A DNA stretch of 64,000 nucleotides, taken from NCBI GenBank assembly GCA_964016885.1, contig OZ024742.1, forward strand, positions 204,724,001 to 204,788,000, read 5' to 3'. Every line of letters begins with the position of its first letter. Position 1 is the stretch's first letter. The stretch is from Eledone cirrhosa. Lineage: Eukaryota. The notes beneath the pieces are model-generated. The model saw only the letters and a list, made by a program, of their open reading frames with translations, did no database searches and was not told the origin of the DNA. Below, one piece after another: positions 37,301 through 52,300 of the stretch. The position numbers were made by a program, and so were the translations under genes.

Positions 37301-40300
37301 GTGTAAGTGTGTGTGTTTACGTTTACTGTTTGTTTGTCCTGTAACTTAGCAGTTCAACAGAAAGAGATCAATAAAATATGTACCAGTCTTGAAGAAATAA
37401 GTACTGTGATTGATATGATTGACTAAATCCCTTCCAAGTGGTGCCGCAACATGACCTCAGTATAATGATTGAAACCAGTAAAAGAATAAAAGAATATTTA
37501 TTTACCTTGTGCGTGATATTTTTGAGAAATGATGTGCAGTTTTATCGACTCTGCTTTCACATATGTAGACATCTTGTTCTTTAAGCCCCTTTGGTCGGCC
37601 TTTACAATATGTGTTGAGGTCAAGAACACAGCATGTCCCAATAATGGCTTCTAATGGAATAATGTCGTAGAGTGGTATTCGGAAAACCTGTAAGGGGTAG
37701 GAGAAAAGCAATGAATATTGGTAACAGAATGCTTAACTCCTAACATCCAACAATGATTTAGTAGAAAATATCTAAAAGCAAACTGGTTAATTTCAACGAT
37801 TATAGTATCTTTACTAGTTAATAGATTGTTGTGGAAATAAGTAGTATTAAAATAAAGACTTTAATAGTTAATGTAATGCAATCATAGTGCTGTTTTGTAC
37901 TTTTCACAAATGTCTTGCTTAAATGGTTCAATGTGGTTTGTTAATTCAAATGTTTATAGCATTTTTACAAGTGGTCAGATTGTTGTGATTAGATGGAGAA
38001 ATAAAAACAGTAATTACCTCATTGGCAAAAAATTTTCGATAAGGTTCATGGAATGTCTCATGAGGTCGTACATAATGATGTCCATATGCAAACCTTTCTT
38101 CCCTAGAAAACATAAACAATCATATTTATATAGAGGCTACAGATTAGTGAGAGTGCACTGCCTACTGGTTTGGCTATTGGACTCATGATTCCTGGCTTAA
38201 TTCCTTGACCGATCAGTGCATTCTTGAGTAAGACACTTCATTTTAAGTTGCTTTCCATGATAGGACTGAAAATCCTATCATTAAAACACCCAAGAAACCT
38301 CCTATGAAATACAGCCTTGTAGGGGGTCAGCTAAACCTACATAGGTATGAGCTGTAAGAAGAACATGATAGAACTGGAACCCCTATCATTAAAAAAAACT
38401 CAAGAAACTTCCTATGAGACACAACATAGGAGGTCAACTAAACCTACATATGATTAGGCTGTAACAACATGATAGGACTGGGGGCCCCTATCATTAAATG
38501 CTCAAAAAGCCCCCTATGAAATACAACATAGGTCAGCTAAACCAATATAGGTGTGAACTATAACAACAGCATGATAAAACTGGGGCCCCTATCATTAAAT
38601 GCTCAAAAGGCCCCCTATGAGATACAACATATGAGGTCAGCTAAACCTATATAGGTGTGAACTGTAACAACAGCATAAGACTGGGGCCCCTATCATTAAA
38701 ACACTCAAGAAATCTCCTATGAAATGCAGCATAAGAGGTCAGCTAAACATATATAGGTGTGAGCTGTAAGAACAACATGATAGAACTGGAGACCTTATCG
38801 TAACACTCAAGAAACCTTCTATGAGATACATCCTTGTAGGCAGTCAGCTAAACCTACATAGGTGTGAACTGTAAATTTAAGTTTTTCATTTACATATTCA
38901 ACTGCATGAACAGATATTTAGATAACACTATATCAAAAATATCAAATAATATAATTAAGCTGCCAAACCTTTAAATTACACACTGGTTAGATTGTAGGGT
39001 GGACTACATACCCTTAAAAAGATGGAATGTTTATGGCTAGAATGTTAACCTTGACAACAACTCCCAACCAACCAACTAACCAGCCGGCCAGTCAGCCAGC
39101 CAATCAATCTCCTGTCCAGCTAACCAACCAACCAACCAATCTCCTGCCCAGCTAACCAGCCTCCTGTCCAGCTAACCAACCAACCAGCCAACCTCCTGTC
39201 CAGTTAATCAGTCAACTAACCAACCTCCTGCCCAGCTAACCAACCAGCCAAACCACCAACCAACCTCCTACTCAGCTAACCAGCCAATCGACCAACCACA
39301 TGGCACAAAATTTACTTACTTAACATTTTTCCACAGCCGTTCTACTCTGAAGATATCCAACTTATCAGGGCTGATGTTGGACAGGAGACGATATGAAGTG
39401 CGTACAGGTGTTCCATCCGAACTTCTTTTCAGTAGGTTATCTCTCATTACATAGGCACAATCACCAACATGGATCTGCATTTCATCCCGCATCAGTGTCA
39501 TATAATACGTGTTCCCAGACGTTGCATCACTTGGCTGAGGTACCATCAGAATTTCCTACAATAAAATTCAGAAATATATTCATACAATATTAAAATCATG
39601 CACCAAGTACACTCTGTAAAATGGCAGTGATGTTGCAATGATAAAAAAAACACTCAGTAAAATTAGTGAAATGGTGGTGATGTTGCAATGATAAAATACA
39701 CCCAGTATACTCTGTAAAGTGAAAGTCTTGGTGTAATGATAAAATACACCCAGTACATTCTGTAAAATGATAGTATTGGTACCATGATAAAATGCACCTA
39801 ATACACTCTTTAAAGTGGTACTGCTGGTGTCATAATAAATTATACTCAGTACACTCTGTAAGTCGTAGTGCCACAATAAAATATAAGTACACTCTGTAGG
39901 TCATAATCCTAGCACCATGACAAAATGCACCCAGTACACTCTATTAAGTGGTTGGTAATAGGAAAAACATCCAGCCATAGAAACCCTGCCAAAAGCAGAA
40001 CATATGAGCAATATGTGGTACTCTGACACATCCAATCTCAGACTGTGACAACCCATCCATCCTATGCCAGTATGGAAAACAGATGTGAGATGATGAATCA
40101 TAAAATAAGATGCAAAATGTCAGTTCTCTTTGTACTTGTACACATGTGTACCATTCATTACTAATACACACACTGGTAGATTAATGTTCAACCTCCTGAG
40201 ATAAGCTTTCATCTCTTTTAACCTTGTCTTCATCTTTGACAGGTTCCTTCTACCGTCATCATCCATACACATTATGTTCATATCTGCCCAGTCCTTCTTT

Positions 40301-43300
40301 GCACATTACATCTGATTCCTCTTATACCCAGTTTCACACTCAGCTCATTCAGGCTCTGACCTTCATGTACATTACACATCCAGTGAGGCAGGTTCACTTC
40401 ATTTCTTTCTAGCCTTCACACATTCTCTGTATTCAATGCCCATGTTTCATTACCATGGAACATCATACTGTGTACACAAGGATTATTCAATCTACCTATG
40501 CCAGTAGAGGTAATATCTATCTGTTCTTACTCTCATTCTTACTCATTATCACTATTAACAATACAATATCACAGTTGTTAATATATGCTAGTAAGGAGAA
40601 AGCCTCTTACCTTTGGATAATAACGTGGATCACACAATTCACACAGATAGTTAGCTACATTGCCTTTAACACCCATGCAATCACAGTGCTGCCATATCTG
40701 TATTCAAAGCAATAGAACAAACATCAGTGAATATACTACATGATGATAATGATGATGATACTACATATATTCATGTATACGTCTACTTCATGTACAATGG
40801 GATCATTGATTTGGAGGTCAAAATACAGATTCTTTCATATAACTTCTAAATTGAATGATGTCAATCAAGATATCCAGCAATAGTTTATAAAAGCTAATTA
40901 CTTTATATTAGAAAGTAATTAATGTAGAGTGAGAACCTTATGTTAACCCTTTTGATACCAATCTGGTCAAAACCAGCTCTGATTTTCTGAAACAAAATCA
41001 CCCAATTTGAAGCATTCATATTTAAATTACAATCTTGCAACATATAAAAATCATATCATAAGTTATTATCTTTGTGGTGAAATAATTGATAATTGATAAT
41101 TTTAGTTAATTCTCCATTAATTAATAAAAATAAAAAGTGTGTGTCATTAGTAATATAGTCACAATGTGGTTATGAAAGAATACTTACAAAACATTTTTCA
41201 CACTGAATCATAAGGCCTTCATCCCTGTAAATGTTACAGATACAGCGGATAATTTCTTCTTCAACTTCGTCTTCTTTATCTAGACAAATGATAAAACAAC
41301 AATTTATAAAAACAATTTTAAAAAATATAATTACTGGTACATTAGCTGATCTTTTTTTTTTTAAAACCTTCAATGCTAAACTGTATTACAAAACATATCT
41401 ATAGATTCTAGACCAGGCATGTCAAACATGCGGCTCTTTACAAACACACCTGCAGCCCGCACAGAGGGTTTTACAGTGCGAGCATGTTTATCTTCGTAAT
41501 ATAAAATTAAAAAGTTAGTTGTAATGTGCACAATTAGTGACCCATGTGGTCCTCGGGGACCCTCAGTTTCACATGCCTGTTCTAGACAACACTAAATGTA
41601 GATATGTCAACATTTCAGACCTCGTATTAAAGCAATCATTGATGCTAACAGCAGATTCATTGAGTAGATGCATCAACAAGAGTTTCAAGATCATTCATGC
41701 CAATTTTTTTCAAATAATACTTTTCTTTCATGACTTATTCATATTTTACTTTTTATGCAAATGTGTATAAAGAACTGAGCAATCCTGTATGTCTATTGAT
41801 TCTAGTCAACATTGTATATATAAACAGATTTAAGCACGTTGTCTGTATATGTATATACTGTATTGCAGAATATAGCTATATATATTTGTAGCTAACACTG
41901 TACAGAAAGATGTAAACACCTCTCTCTATATATATATACTGTAATACAGAATATATCTATAGATCTTAGCTAACACTGTAGGAAAGGCGTAGGTAGAAAC
42001 TCCATTTTATGTCCTAAATGCAAAGTATGGGTGCATAAAAGATGTAGTGGGATCACAGGTAAGCTAACTAAGAACATAGATTTTACATGTGGCCGGTGTT
42101 CTGGTGCAATAAGTAGCAGCAAGTGCCCACAAAATACTAGCTCTTTCAATTGCGCAGAGGGTTCTATAGAAATAGTGGACAGCTTCCGTTACCTGGGCGA
42201 TAAAATCAGCAGTGGGGGAGGGTGCTCTGAAAGTACTGTAGCTAGAGTCAGAACAGGTTGGAAAAAGTTCAGAGAGCTTATACCACTATTAGCTGCTAAA
42301 GGGTTCTCCCTAAAAATGAAAGGCAGGTTGTACGATGCCTGCATACGAACAGCAATACTGCATGGCAGTGAGACCTGGGCATTGTGTGCAGAGGATATAC
42401 GCAGACTAGAGAGGAACGAAGCTTGCATGCTCCGCTGGATGTGTAACAGTAATATACGTGAACGGCAAAGCATAAACGAACTAAGGAAAAAATTAGAGAT
42501 AAGAGGGATCAGATGTTGTTTACTCAAGAGAAGGCTACGTTGGTATGGACACGTGATGCGCATGAAAGTCGATAGCTGTATAACAAAGTGCAGGGCAATA
42601 AAGATAGACGGTAGTCACGGAATAGGCAGACCTAGAAAAACCTGGGACGAGCTGATAAACTCCGACATCACACACTTACACCTCTCCAAGACAATGTCAC
42701 TGGACCGAGACCTTTGGCGGTACTCAGTAACAGAGAAGACCCGCCTTACCTAAATATATAGTAAAACCTACTCCAGCCAGTAGGCATCTCTAACAAAATA
42801 CACCCCGTCCCACCACCACCACCCCCACCCCATCCACACCACCCCGTTCTATGTAAAGTTATGTTGGTGCCGCGCCATCCAGGCCGAAACAAATGAGATC
42901 GTGTAGGTGTCACGACAAAAAAACACACAGTCCACGCTGTAATGTGGCCGTGTAGGCAACACGGTAAAAACCTCCCAGACCCACACTGTAAATGTGGTTG
43001 GTGTTAGGAAGGGCATCCAACTGTAGAAAACCTGCCAGACAGTCCTATGCGAGCAAGACAATCACTCTTGCCTCAAGTGGGACTACCCCCGTCCAAACCC
43101 ATGCAAGCGTGGAACACGGACATTAAACGTTGATGATGATGATGATGATGAGATGTATACACCTTGTCTGTATAAATACAGAATATATCTTATAGACAAA
43201 TGTAAACACTTTGTCTATATATAATACTACAGAATAACACTATAGATTTGTAGCGAACACTGTATATATAGAGAGATGTAAAGACCTTGTTTCTTTATAC

Positions 43301-46300
43301 ACAGTACTACAGTATATCTCTATAGATTTGTCTGTATATAGAGTATCTGAGTTAACAGAAAAAAAGGGATTAATTAAATTAGCTTCAATACTGTATTGGG
43401 ATATTATCAGTGACTGAGAACTCTAACTGTTCACAGAGACACTGCTTATAAAGCTACCATTACTGAGGGCTTACGTTATTAAGTCATAAATGGCACAAAT
43501 TACCACAAATACATTAAATGGGGGGAGAGAGGGACCCCCCCCCCCCCCCAACCACCACACACACACACAATTAATGAGTTTGAAAAACATAAGCAGTGTC
43601 TTTCATTAGAAATATGGTATGAAAGGGTTAAAACATTACCTTTTCTACTTCTTGTTTCAACAACTTCAGCAGATTCTACTGCACCCCGAGGTTTTGTTAC
43701 TGCATCCTCACCTACAATCTCCTGCAATTTCTTCATCATACTATTCTTGCAAGAATTATAGATTTTCCGCAAACAAATAACTTGCCGTCCTTTCTCAGAC
43801 TTTCGCTTGAAGTATTTCTACAATGAGAGGGAGAGAAAAGAAAGACATTTTGTGGATAGTTAATACAGAAATACAAATGTTTTCTTCTTTGCCCACTCTT
43901 AGAAATATTTAGTTCATTTTTGTTTGCTTTTCTCTTTAATCAAGGAGGGAGGAGCAGTGCCCCTGATCCTTTTCTGTGACCCTAAGACAAGTATGAGGGA
44001 AGGAGGAAGGTATCCACAAACTGGAGATCTGACACAAATGCCTACAATGGACTGAACCGATACTTTATATTATTGACCACAAATACATGAATGATAGATT
44101 GATTTTGATGTGATTTAAACTGAGAGAGCAGAGATATATTACTGTCATCAGAATATGATCCATTCAATTAGCTGACCAGATTATTTAAGCTTAGCTAGTG
44201 TTTGATACAGAGATGTCTAAAATGGACAACATTGGTCCTATGGTAAGCCATGACTTTATGAGGATATACTGTATTTCTTTAATATATCACCCTTGTCTCT
44301 TAGGCTAAAAGAAAAACAATAAATCACATACTTGTGTATATGAACCCAGACTAAGCCATGTTTATGTAAATTATTTTATAAACTTGTCATCATCATCACC
44401 ACCACCTTCTCCTCCCCCTTCTTCTTCACCCATTTATTCCTAATAAGATCGTCCGGACAGAGTCATCAAGCATGCCTTCCAGCAATGTTTGTACCATGAT
44501 AACCACCAAAATCTCAAGTCTACATATATTTCATTACAATATTCAGTTTCTCATGACATTAAAGAATGTAAAACAACCGGAGGTTTAGCATTTGGTGTAG
44601 AAGTGGGCTTATCTTACTTCCCATTTCAAAACAAGTTTTTGAATTTTCAGGAAATATGCTAACTTGACATAATCTGTTTCTATTAATTCCATTTAAGGTA
44701 TTAGTTGAGTTAATATTCTTTTCTTTTTGATGTGACTTTATTATTTTTCTATAAGCTTTGGAAAAAGAATCAAATTATATTTATTTTAACAATATTCTTT
44801 TGTTAAAAAAAAAAAGGGAGAAAAAGAAACTTTATAAAATGACACATTTCACAGATGTACCATATACTATTCCTTTCAGTTTCAGTGACAACCCCCTCCC
44901 CCACCCATTAGCATACTACTCAGTTCCAGTAACTTCTTCCATGCACATCTCACTCTAGATACTCTCGCTAAGTCTGATTCCCTTCTCCATTCAACATATC
45001 TCCTACATAACAAAATATTTTCACACCTTTCCCAAGACATCCAGCTCAATACTTTCTCCATCTGTAGCTCCACCCATACACACTTTACACTTAAGTGTAG
45101 CTGCCACATTATTTAATAATCTCTTCACATTCCTACATCTTCTGTACTGTATATATACAGATTTAAATTTATAGTTTATTTTGGCAGAGTCAGAGCATCA
45201 AATTAAATGCTTCAGTATAACTTCTGGTTCTCTATGTTCTGAATTCAAATCGCACCACAGTCAACTTTACTTTTCATCCTTTCTGGGTCAATAAATAAAA
45301 TACTTGTCTGCCCAGGAGTGGTAGTGAATTGGCAGAATTGTTAAAAAGGTGGACTGGATGTTTTGCAGCATCTGTTCTGGCTGTGTGCATTCAGAGTTCA
45401 AATCCTGCCTCCTGTCATTAGAATTGTGACCCACAGACAATATCAGCAATGGAAAGACCAATGGAAACATTGTTTGCTTGGTCCAATATAACAATTTGGT
45501 TCTTTCCTTATAACATCTTCAATTGATCCACTGAAGCAGATTATAGTAACTGGCTGATCCACTCAAACAGATTATAGTAACTGGCTGATCCAGTCAAACA
45601 GATTATAGTAACTGGCTGATCCAGTCAAACAGATTATAGTAACTGGCTGATCCAGTCAAACAGATTATAGTAACTGGCTGATCCAGTCAAACAGATGAAA
45701 GTAACTGGATAATCCAGTTAAACACAACACACAAAATGCACCTGAAAAATAGATCGGAGGAGGGGAGGCTCAGAAACAAACACTTACCTCAGAATTTCGA
45801 AAAAGCTTCAATATATCATTGTCAAAATATTCAATGCTTTTATATTGACCAGTGTTGATGTTGACTTCGATTGAATTAATATCAATTGGGTCATCAATAA
45901 GTTCGTAGTAATCTGGATGTCGTTTCTTTGAAGGTAAAATGAGTAACTGGTTGGCAAGGTATGTGCCGTCCTCAGCTAATGAAAGAGAAGTATAACAGAG
46001 TGTACATATAACAGGGTGTATATATAATGGAGTGTACATATAACAAGGTGTATATATAACTGAGTGTAGATATGACCGAGAGTAGATATGACAGTGTGCA
46101 GATAGGAAAGGGAGTATATAGGAGAGGGTGTATATATGACAGGGAGTAAATATGACAGGATGTAGAGAAGAAATGTATTCAAACATTCCTTACAATGAAA
46201 GCAACTCGAATGGTTTACTAAATATCATTATTTGGGGAAGTCTTGTGTACTCAGTCTAGACAGTAAAGTGACCTTATGGTCTCAGTCTTGACAGTAAGAT

Positions 46301-49300
46301 CACCTTGTATATTCAGTCTAGAGAGTAAGATGATCTTGTGTACTCAGTCTAGACAGTAAAGTGACCTTGTATACTCAGTTTAGAGAGTGAAGTGACCTTG
46401 TATATTCAGTCTACAGAGTAAGATGATCTTGTGTACTGTCTAGACACTAAAGTGACCTTGTATACTCAGTCTAGACAGTGATGTGACCTTGTGTACTCAG
46501 ATTAGACAGTAAAGTGACCTTGTGTACTCTGTCTAGAGTTAGCATTAAAAAGAACATACATCGTAATCATTTCACAACTACATTCCATGATTGCATGAAT
46601 TGAACAAGACGTTATGGCAAGAACCAGTTATTAATAAGTTGGAGCACAATATACCAGCACTACCAATTTACAGAGTGTACTGGGTGCATTTTATTGTGGC
46701 ACCAACACTACTAATTTACAGAGTGAACTGGATGTATATTATCATGGCACTGGCACTACCAAAATAGTCAATTAATCAATATAATGAAATTAAAAAAATA
46801 AAACAAAACTAAGAAAGAAAAACTTACTTTTGTATTTGCGAACAGAATTCATCATCACTTTGAACATCTGAGCTAGTTTGGCAATTTTGGTGAGTTCACT
46901 GTTCTCATCAGCCATTGCTAAACGTCTGTGAAAGAAAGTAAATATATTGATATGTGTTTGCTGAACATAGGGATATACTACTGCCACTACTACTACTACT
47001 AGTAGGTAAAGGTAAGGACCCCCTTCGATCACAAATGACCATGCGATCTGCTCCCAGAAAGTTTGTGTTTTCCTCAAGGACACAACACATCGCCTGGTCT
47101 GGAAATCAAACTCACAACCTCATATATTATCAGTCCAACACTTTAACCACTAAGCCACATGCCTTCACTACCACCACCACCACTACCACTAATGGGGTCA
47201 ACTTATATTCAAGGTCAACTTTAACCACTAAGCCACATGCCTCCTCCACCAACACCATGACTACTACTACTGTTATCACTAATAATATTGCTGCTATTAC
47301 AAAATGGGGTCGAGTTATATTCGAGGTCAATATTTTGCTGCTTTTCACCAAATTCAAATTTCCGTAAATAAAGTGCTAAAATATCTAGAGTGATTATTTT
47401 ACAATGAATCCTTTTTTTAATTTTCATTTTACTACAGAAGAATAAGCCACTATACTTAGCCTTTGTTGACCTAGAGAGAGCCTTTGATGGGGTACCCCGA
47501 TCTGTCATCTGGTGGTCCCTAAGGACAGTGCAAACTTTGTACAGAGGTGCTGTCAGTAAAGTCAGGGTAGGAATGGAGTTTAGTGAGGAATTCCAGATAT
47601 GGGTAGGAGTACATCAGAGTTCATCCCTCAGCCCACTCTTGTTCCTTATAGTCCGCCAAGCCATAACAGAGGAGTTTAAGACTGGCTGTCCATGGGAACT
47701 TCTCTATGCTGACGATCTGGTTCTTATAGCAGAATCAGTAGAGGAGCTAGAGAATAAATTCTGGCTATGGAAACAGCAGTTGGAAGCAAGAGGACTGAGA
47801 GTGAATCTAGCTAAGACAAAAGTGTTGATGAGTAGAAAAGAGGACAAAACTCTGATTCCGTCAGGGAAATGGCCATGTTCGATATGCAAAAAAGGAACTG
47901 GCATAAATTCTATAAAATGTACACAATGCAGATTTTGGGTACACAAGAGATATAGTGGGATAGCAGGCAAACTAACAGGTAGGGAGAAATGCGTATGCAG
48001 TAGATGTACAGGGAAATTAGACAGTAGAAGTCGCATTGATAGACACATTTTTCAAATGCAGGTGGGTGCTATAGAAGTGGAGATCAGATTAGCATGAGAG
48101 GTGGGGGGGGCGGGTTCTGAGGCCATAGTATCTAGAATAAGGACGGGTTGGAAGAAGTTTAGGGAGCTGCTTCCTCTGCTGATGAAGAAGGGTTTCTCCC
48201 TGCGTATGAAAGGCCGGTTATATGATGCCTGTGTGAGGAGCGCGATGTTCCATGGTAGTGAGACATGGGCAGCAACTGCAGAGGATATGTGACAGCTGGA
48301 GAGAAATGAGGCAAGTATGCTCCGTTGGATGTGCAATGTCAATGTGCGTGAACGACCTAGCATGGATGTGTTGAGAGAGAAACTGTGTCTGAGAGGGATA
48401 GAATGTAGTGTGCGAGAGAGGAGACTGCGGTGGTATGGACATGTGATGCGCATGGAGGATGACCGATGGGTGAAGAAGTGCCAGGAAAGGCTAGTTGAAG
48501 GAAGACATGATAGAGGTAGATCACAAAAAACATGGGCGGAGGTGGTGAGAGCGGACCACAGATCGCTGAAGCTCACGGTGGAGATGACGAAGGACCGTGA
48601 CAAGTGGAGAGATGCTGTGCTGAATAAGACCCGTCCCACCCTTGCAAGCAGGGAAAAGCGGATGTAAAATGATGATGATGATGATACAAAGTCGTTACTG
48701 TTATTTATGCATTCCGTTTGAAATATTTCCAACAATTCTTTATAATTTGAAGTGATTAATATATAAATAAGTCATACACACACTTACATGTGAACACATA
48801 CATACATGTATGCACACACAAACACGCATCCACATTCACACACAAAAACAAACACGCATCCACATGCACACACTAACTCTTTAATTTTTTTTCTTTCTAT
48901 CTTATTCTGACTTGTATTTTATTGCTATTGCTTTCTCTCCCTTCTCACTCTGATTCGCCTCTCTCGTTATCTCCCATTTCCTCTTCTACTCCCTATACAA
49001 AGTTTATGCATTCAATCTCTTGCTTTCAACTACTTCTAGCATATAAGTGGCTGGAAGTAAACAAAAATTCGAGAAACTTGTTCAAACTATAAAACGGATG
49101 AGATGGTAAAAAACATTACGTAATGAAGTTGTGAAACAAAAACTATATTCTAAATGACACTTAAAACATTTTAAACATCAAAATATTAAACTTCATAAAT
49201 ATATTTTATACTCATGAGAATTTCAAAACCACATCATCTAAACATAATGTGTTGATTAGCTGCCTTGGCTTATAAATGGGGTTTGGATTTTTGCCCATTT

Positions 49301-52300
49301 CTCAGACATAAAATAGAGAGGTCGGCTTACATGCGAGTATATATACTAGAATGTTAGCTACAAACATGGAAATATACTACTACTAACTCTATTATTACTA
49401 CTACAAAGTAAGCCTATATTTTGATTATATAATCACACCTGAAGTATTTAGAGGTTGTTACAAGGGGAAACAACTCAGGACGGGTTTAATTTGTTCTTAC
49501 AGACCTGTCACCTCTCCCTGTTGGTTGGGGATTTCTCCCACCCAATTTGGGGTAGGTGAGAGATGTCTTCTCTTGTGAAATTGGGTATAGCTTTCATTAT
49601 TTAAAATCTCCCCAAACTTTGCCTCATTTCTCCCCGTTTGGGGGCATTTTTTTCATGGTTCTCCTCGTTTGGGTTTTTAGAGGTTGGCAGGTATGCACTT
49701 ACGAAGGTTTAACTGGCCTCCTACAAGATTGCATCTCATTCGAGATTTTTTGAGTGTTTTAATGATATGGGCCCCACTCCTTTAGTTGGCCTCCTACAAG
49801 GTTGCACCTCATAGGTTTCTTGGATGTTTTAATGATATAGGCTTCAGTCCTATCATGTTGTTACAGCTCACATTTATGTAGATTCAGCTGGCCTCCTACA
49901 AGGTTAACCATCATACTACAATATAACCATCACATTACAATATTAACCATCACACTACGATATAATCATCACACTACGATATAATCATCACATTACAATA
50001 TAACCATCACATGACAATATTAACGAACACTACACTATAACCATCACACCACCACACTACACTATTAACCATCACAGTACAATATAACCATGGGCTCTAC
50101 AATTAGTTTCTCAAACTGTGTTTGTACCAAATTGAAGAGAAAAAACTGAGAAAAAAAACAAAAACATGTCAGTATATTACCTGGTCTTCACAGAACGTTC
50201 AGTTTTTAGAGCAGTAAACTTTGTCAGGAACATATCTATAGAGATGAAAGAAGAGAATAATTTACATAATGATGTGTGTGTGTTGGTCCTCCATCAGTTT
50301 CTACAATGAATGTTCAAGTTGTTTGATTAATGGATCAGCCTGATTATAAAATTATTGTGTGAGTGTATTAGACAAACATGTGTATTGTTAATGTAGTTCT
50401 CTAGTAGATTCAACATGACGTGGCCAGCTTTATGAAATACAGGTACAACACATTTTTGTCAGCTGAACTGACTAGAGCAATGCAAAATAAAGTGTATTGC
50501 TCAAGAACACAACAGACTGATGGGAATCAAACTCACAACCTTATAATCATGAACTGAACACTTGTACCACAAAGCCACACAATGCATTAATATAATGGTT
50601 TCTTATATAGGCACAAGGCCAGCAATTTTGGGGGAGGGGAAAGTCGATTAAATTGACACCAGTGCGTGACTGGTACTTTATTTTATCAACTCCGTCAGGA
50701 TGAAAGGCAAAGTTAACCTCAGCGGGATTTGAACTGATGATAAAGGGCCGTAACTCTATGCTGCAAAGCATGGTGTCCGACCCTCTACCGATACTGCCAA
50801 TCCACCGCCCTTACACAATGCATTAATATAATGATACACACTCATGCCTCTACATATAAGATTTAACCAGGTAATACCAGGTAAAACTGGGTAGTTAAGA
50901 AGTTTGCTTTACAATCCTAGGTTCATTCTCACTGCAAGGTATATCAAACAATGTGTCATTTACTGTAGCTTCAGCATAAGCCAAGCCTTGTGAATGAAAT
51001 TGGGAAGACATAAACTGTGCAGAAGCCTGTCAAACGGACTGTACCAGTAATTTAATGTATCAGACTTGTTACATATTGTGTTATGTTGATTCAGCTTGGG
51101 AATAACATTAAGGGGTATATATGGCTGTGGAATATTTAACCATATATATGTTAATTCACAAGTTGTTCAGGTGATTGAATGAATGTTCTTCATCAGGAGC
51201 CATCATCATTATCATCAGTGACACCTAACACTGAAATCCAAGTGTCATATCAGACACATATCTCTTTAACCCTTTAACATTTACATTACTCTATATATAC
51301 TATTATATTTTCATGGCAATGGCTTTAGCTCGCATAACTATCTCCCATAATATCGAATCTATGAGATTTTGAAAGTATTTATTTTGAGAACAATACCTTA
51401 ACATTAGTTTGAGCGACTGGTTACAGCCAATTTCAACAGAAAGAGGTAGAGAATTCTGGCTGGTTTTGGCCGGTTTGAACATTAAAGGGTTAAATGAAGA
51501 TCACACTTTTTAATTACTAAATCCTTTTCCCTTACATAGACAATTGCTATTCATTCACTGACATAGCGTAACTGATATGTAAATTAGCTCAGTTGTATAT
51601 ATATACTCTATTGTATATACATATTTCATATACATATAGAACTGTATATTTCAAGCTAACCAGAATCTTCTGAACTAACTACTAAACAAGACGAACAACT
51701 GTTTTAAGACTAAAAGAGGGTTTAGCCTTGCAAGTGCCAAGACGTGTATATGTATGTGTGTGAGTATCTGTATATATCAACTAGTAATTCATATGTGTGT
51801 GTGTCTGTCTATTTGTACGTCTGTGCATGATGTTTGTGTCTGTATCTGTATGTATGTGTGTGCATCTACATGCCTGTATAGCTGTGTGCGTGTGTATCTG
51901 AGTGTGCATGTGTGTATGCGTGTGCATGTGTGTATGTGTGTGTACATGTGTGTATGTGAGTGTGTGTATGTGAGTGTGCATGTGAGTGTGTGTGTATATG
52001 TGTCTGTACATATCACCTTGTCACCTACCTGTCTTTGATAAGTTGGTGTCTCTGAAATAATCACAGTCCTTCTCTTTCTCACTGTCAGACCTGTGTCCCT
52101 TCTGCCGGATCTCTCGGATTTTATCAATGTTGCGTACAAGGAAGATGCGATGCTTTCGAGCGAAACCACGTTCTCTATTTGACATAGGTTTAATCACAGA
52201 TTGGTTAGGCACCTTGGAAGAGGCTGAACTTGAGGAATCTTGCGTGTTTTTAGCCTTAATCAAGGAAACAAAGTATACTTTTCATTTTGATTGAAAGTCT

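Noticed and set aside
45520-46540. 31-bp repeats as a CRISPR array
   Set aside because: Head-to-tail with no unique spacers, eukaryotic intron, no cas genes.
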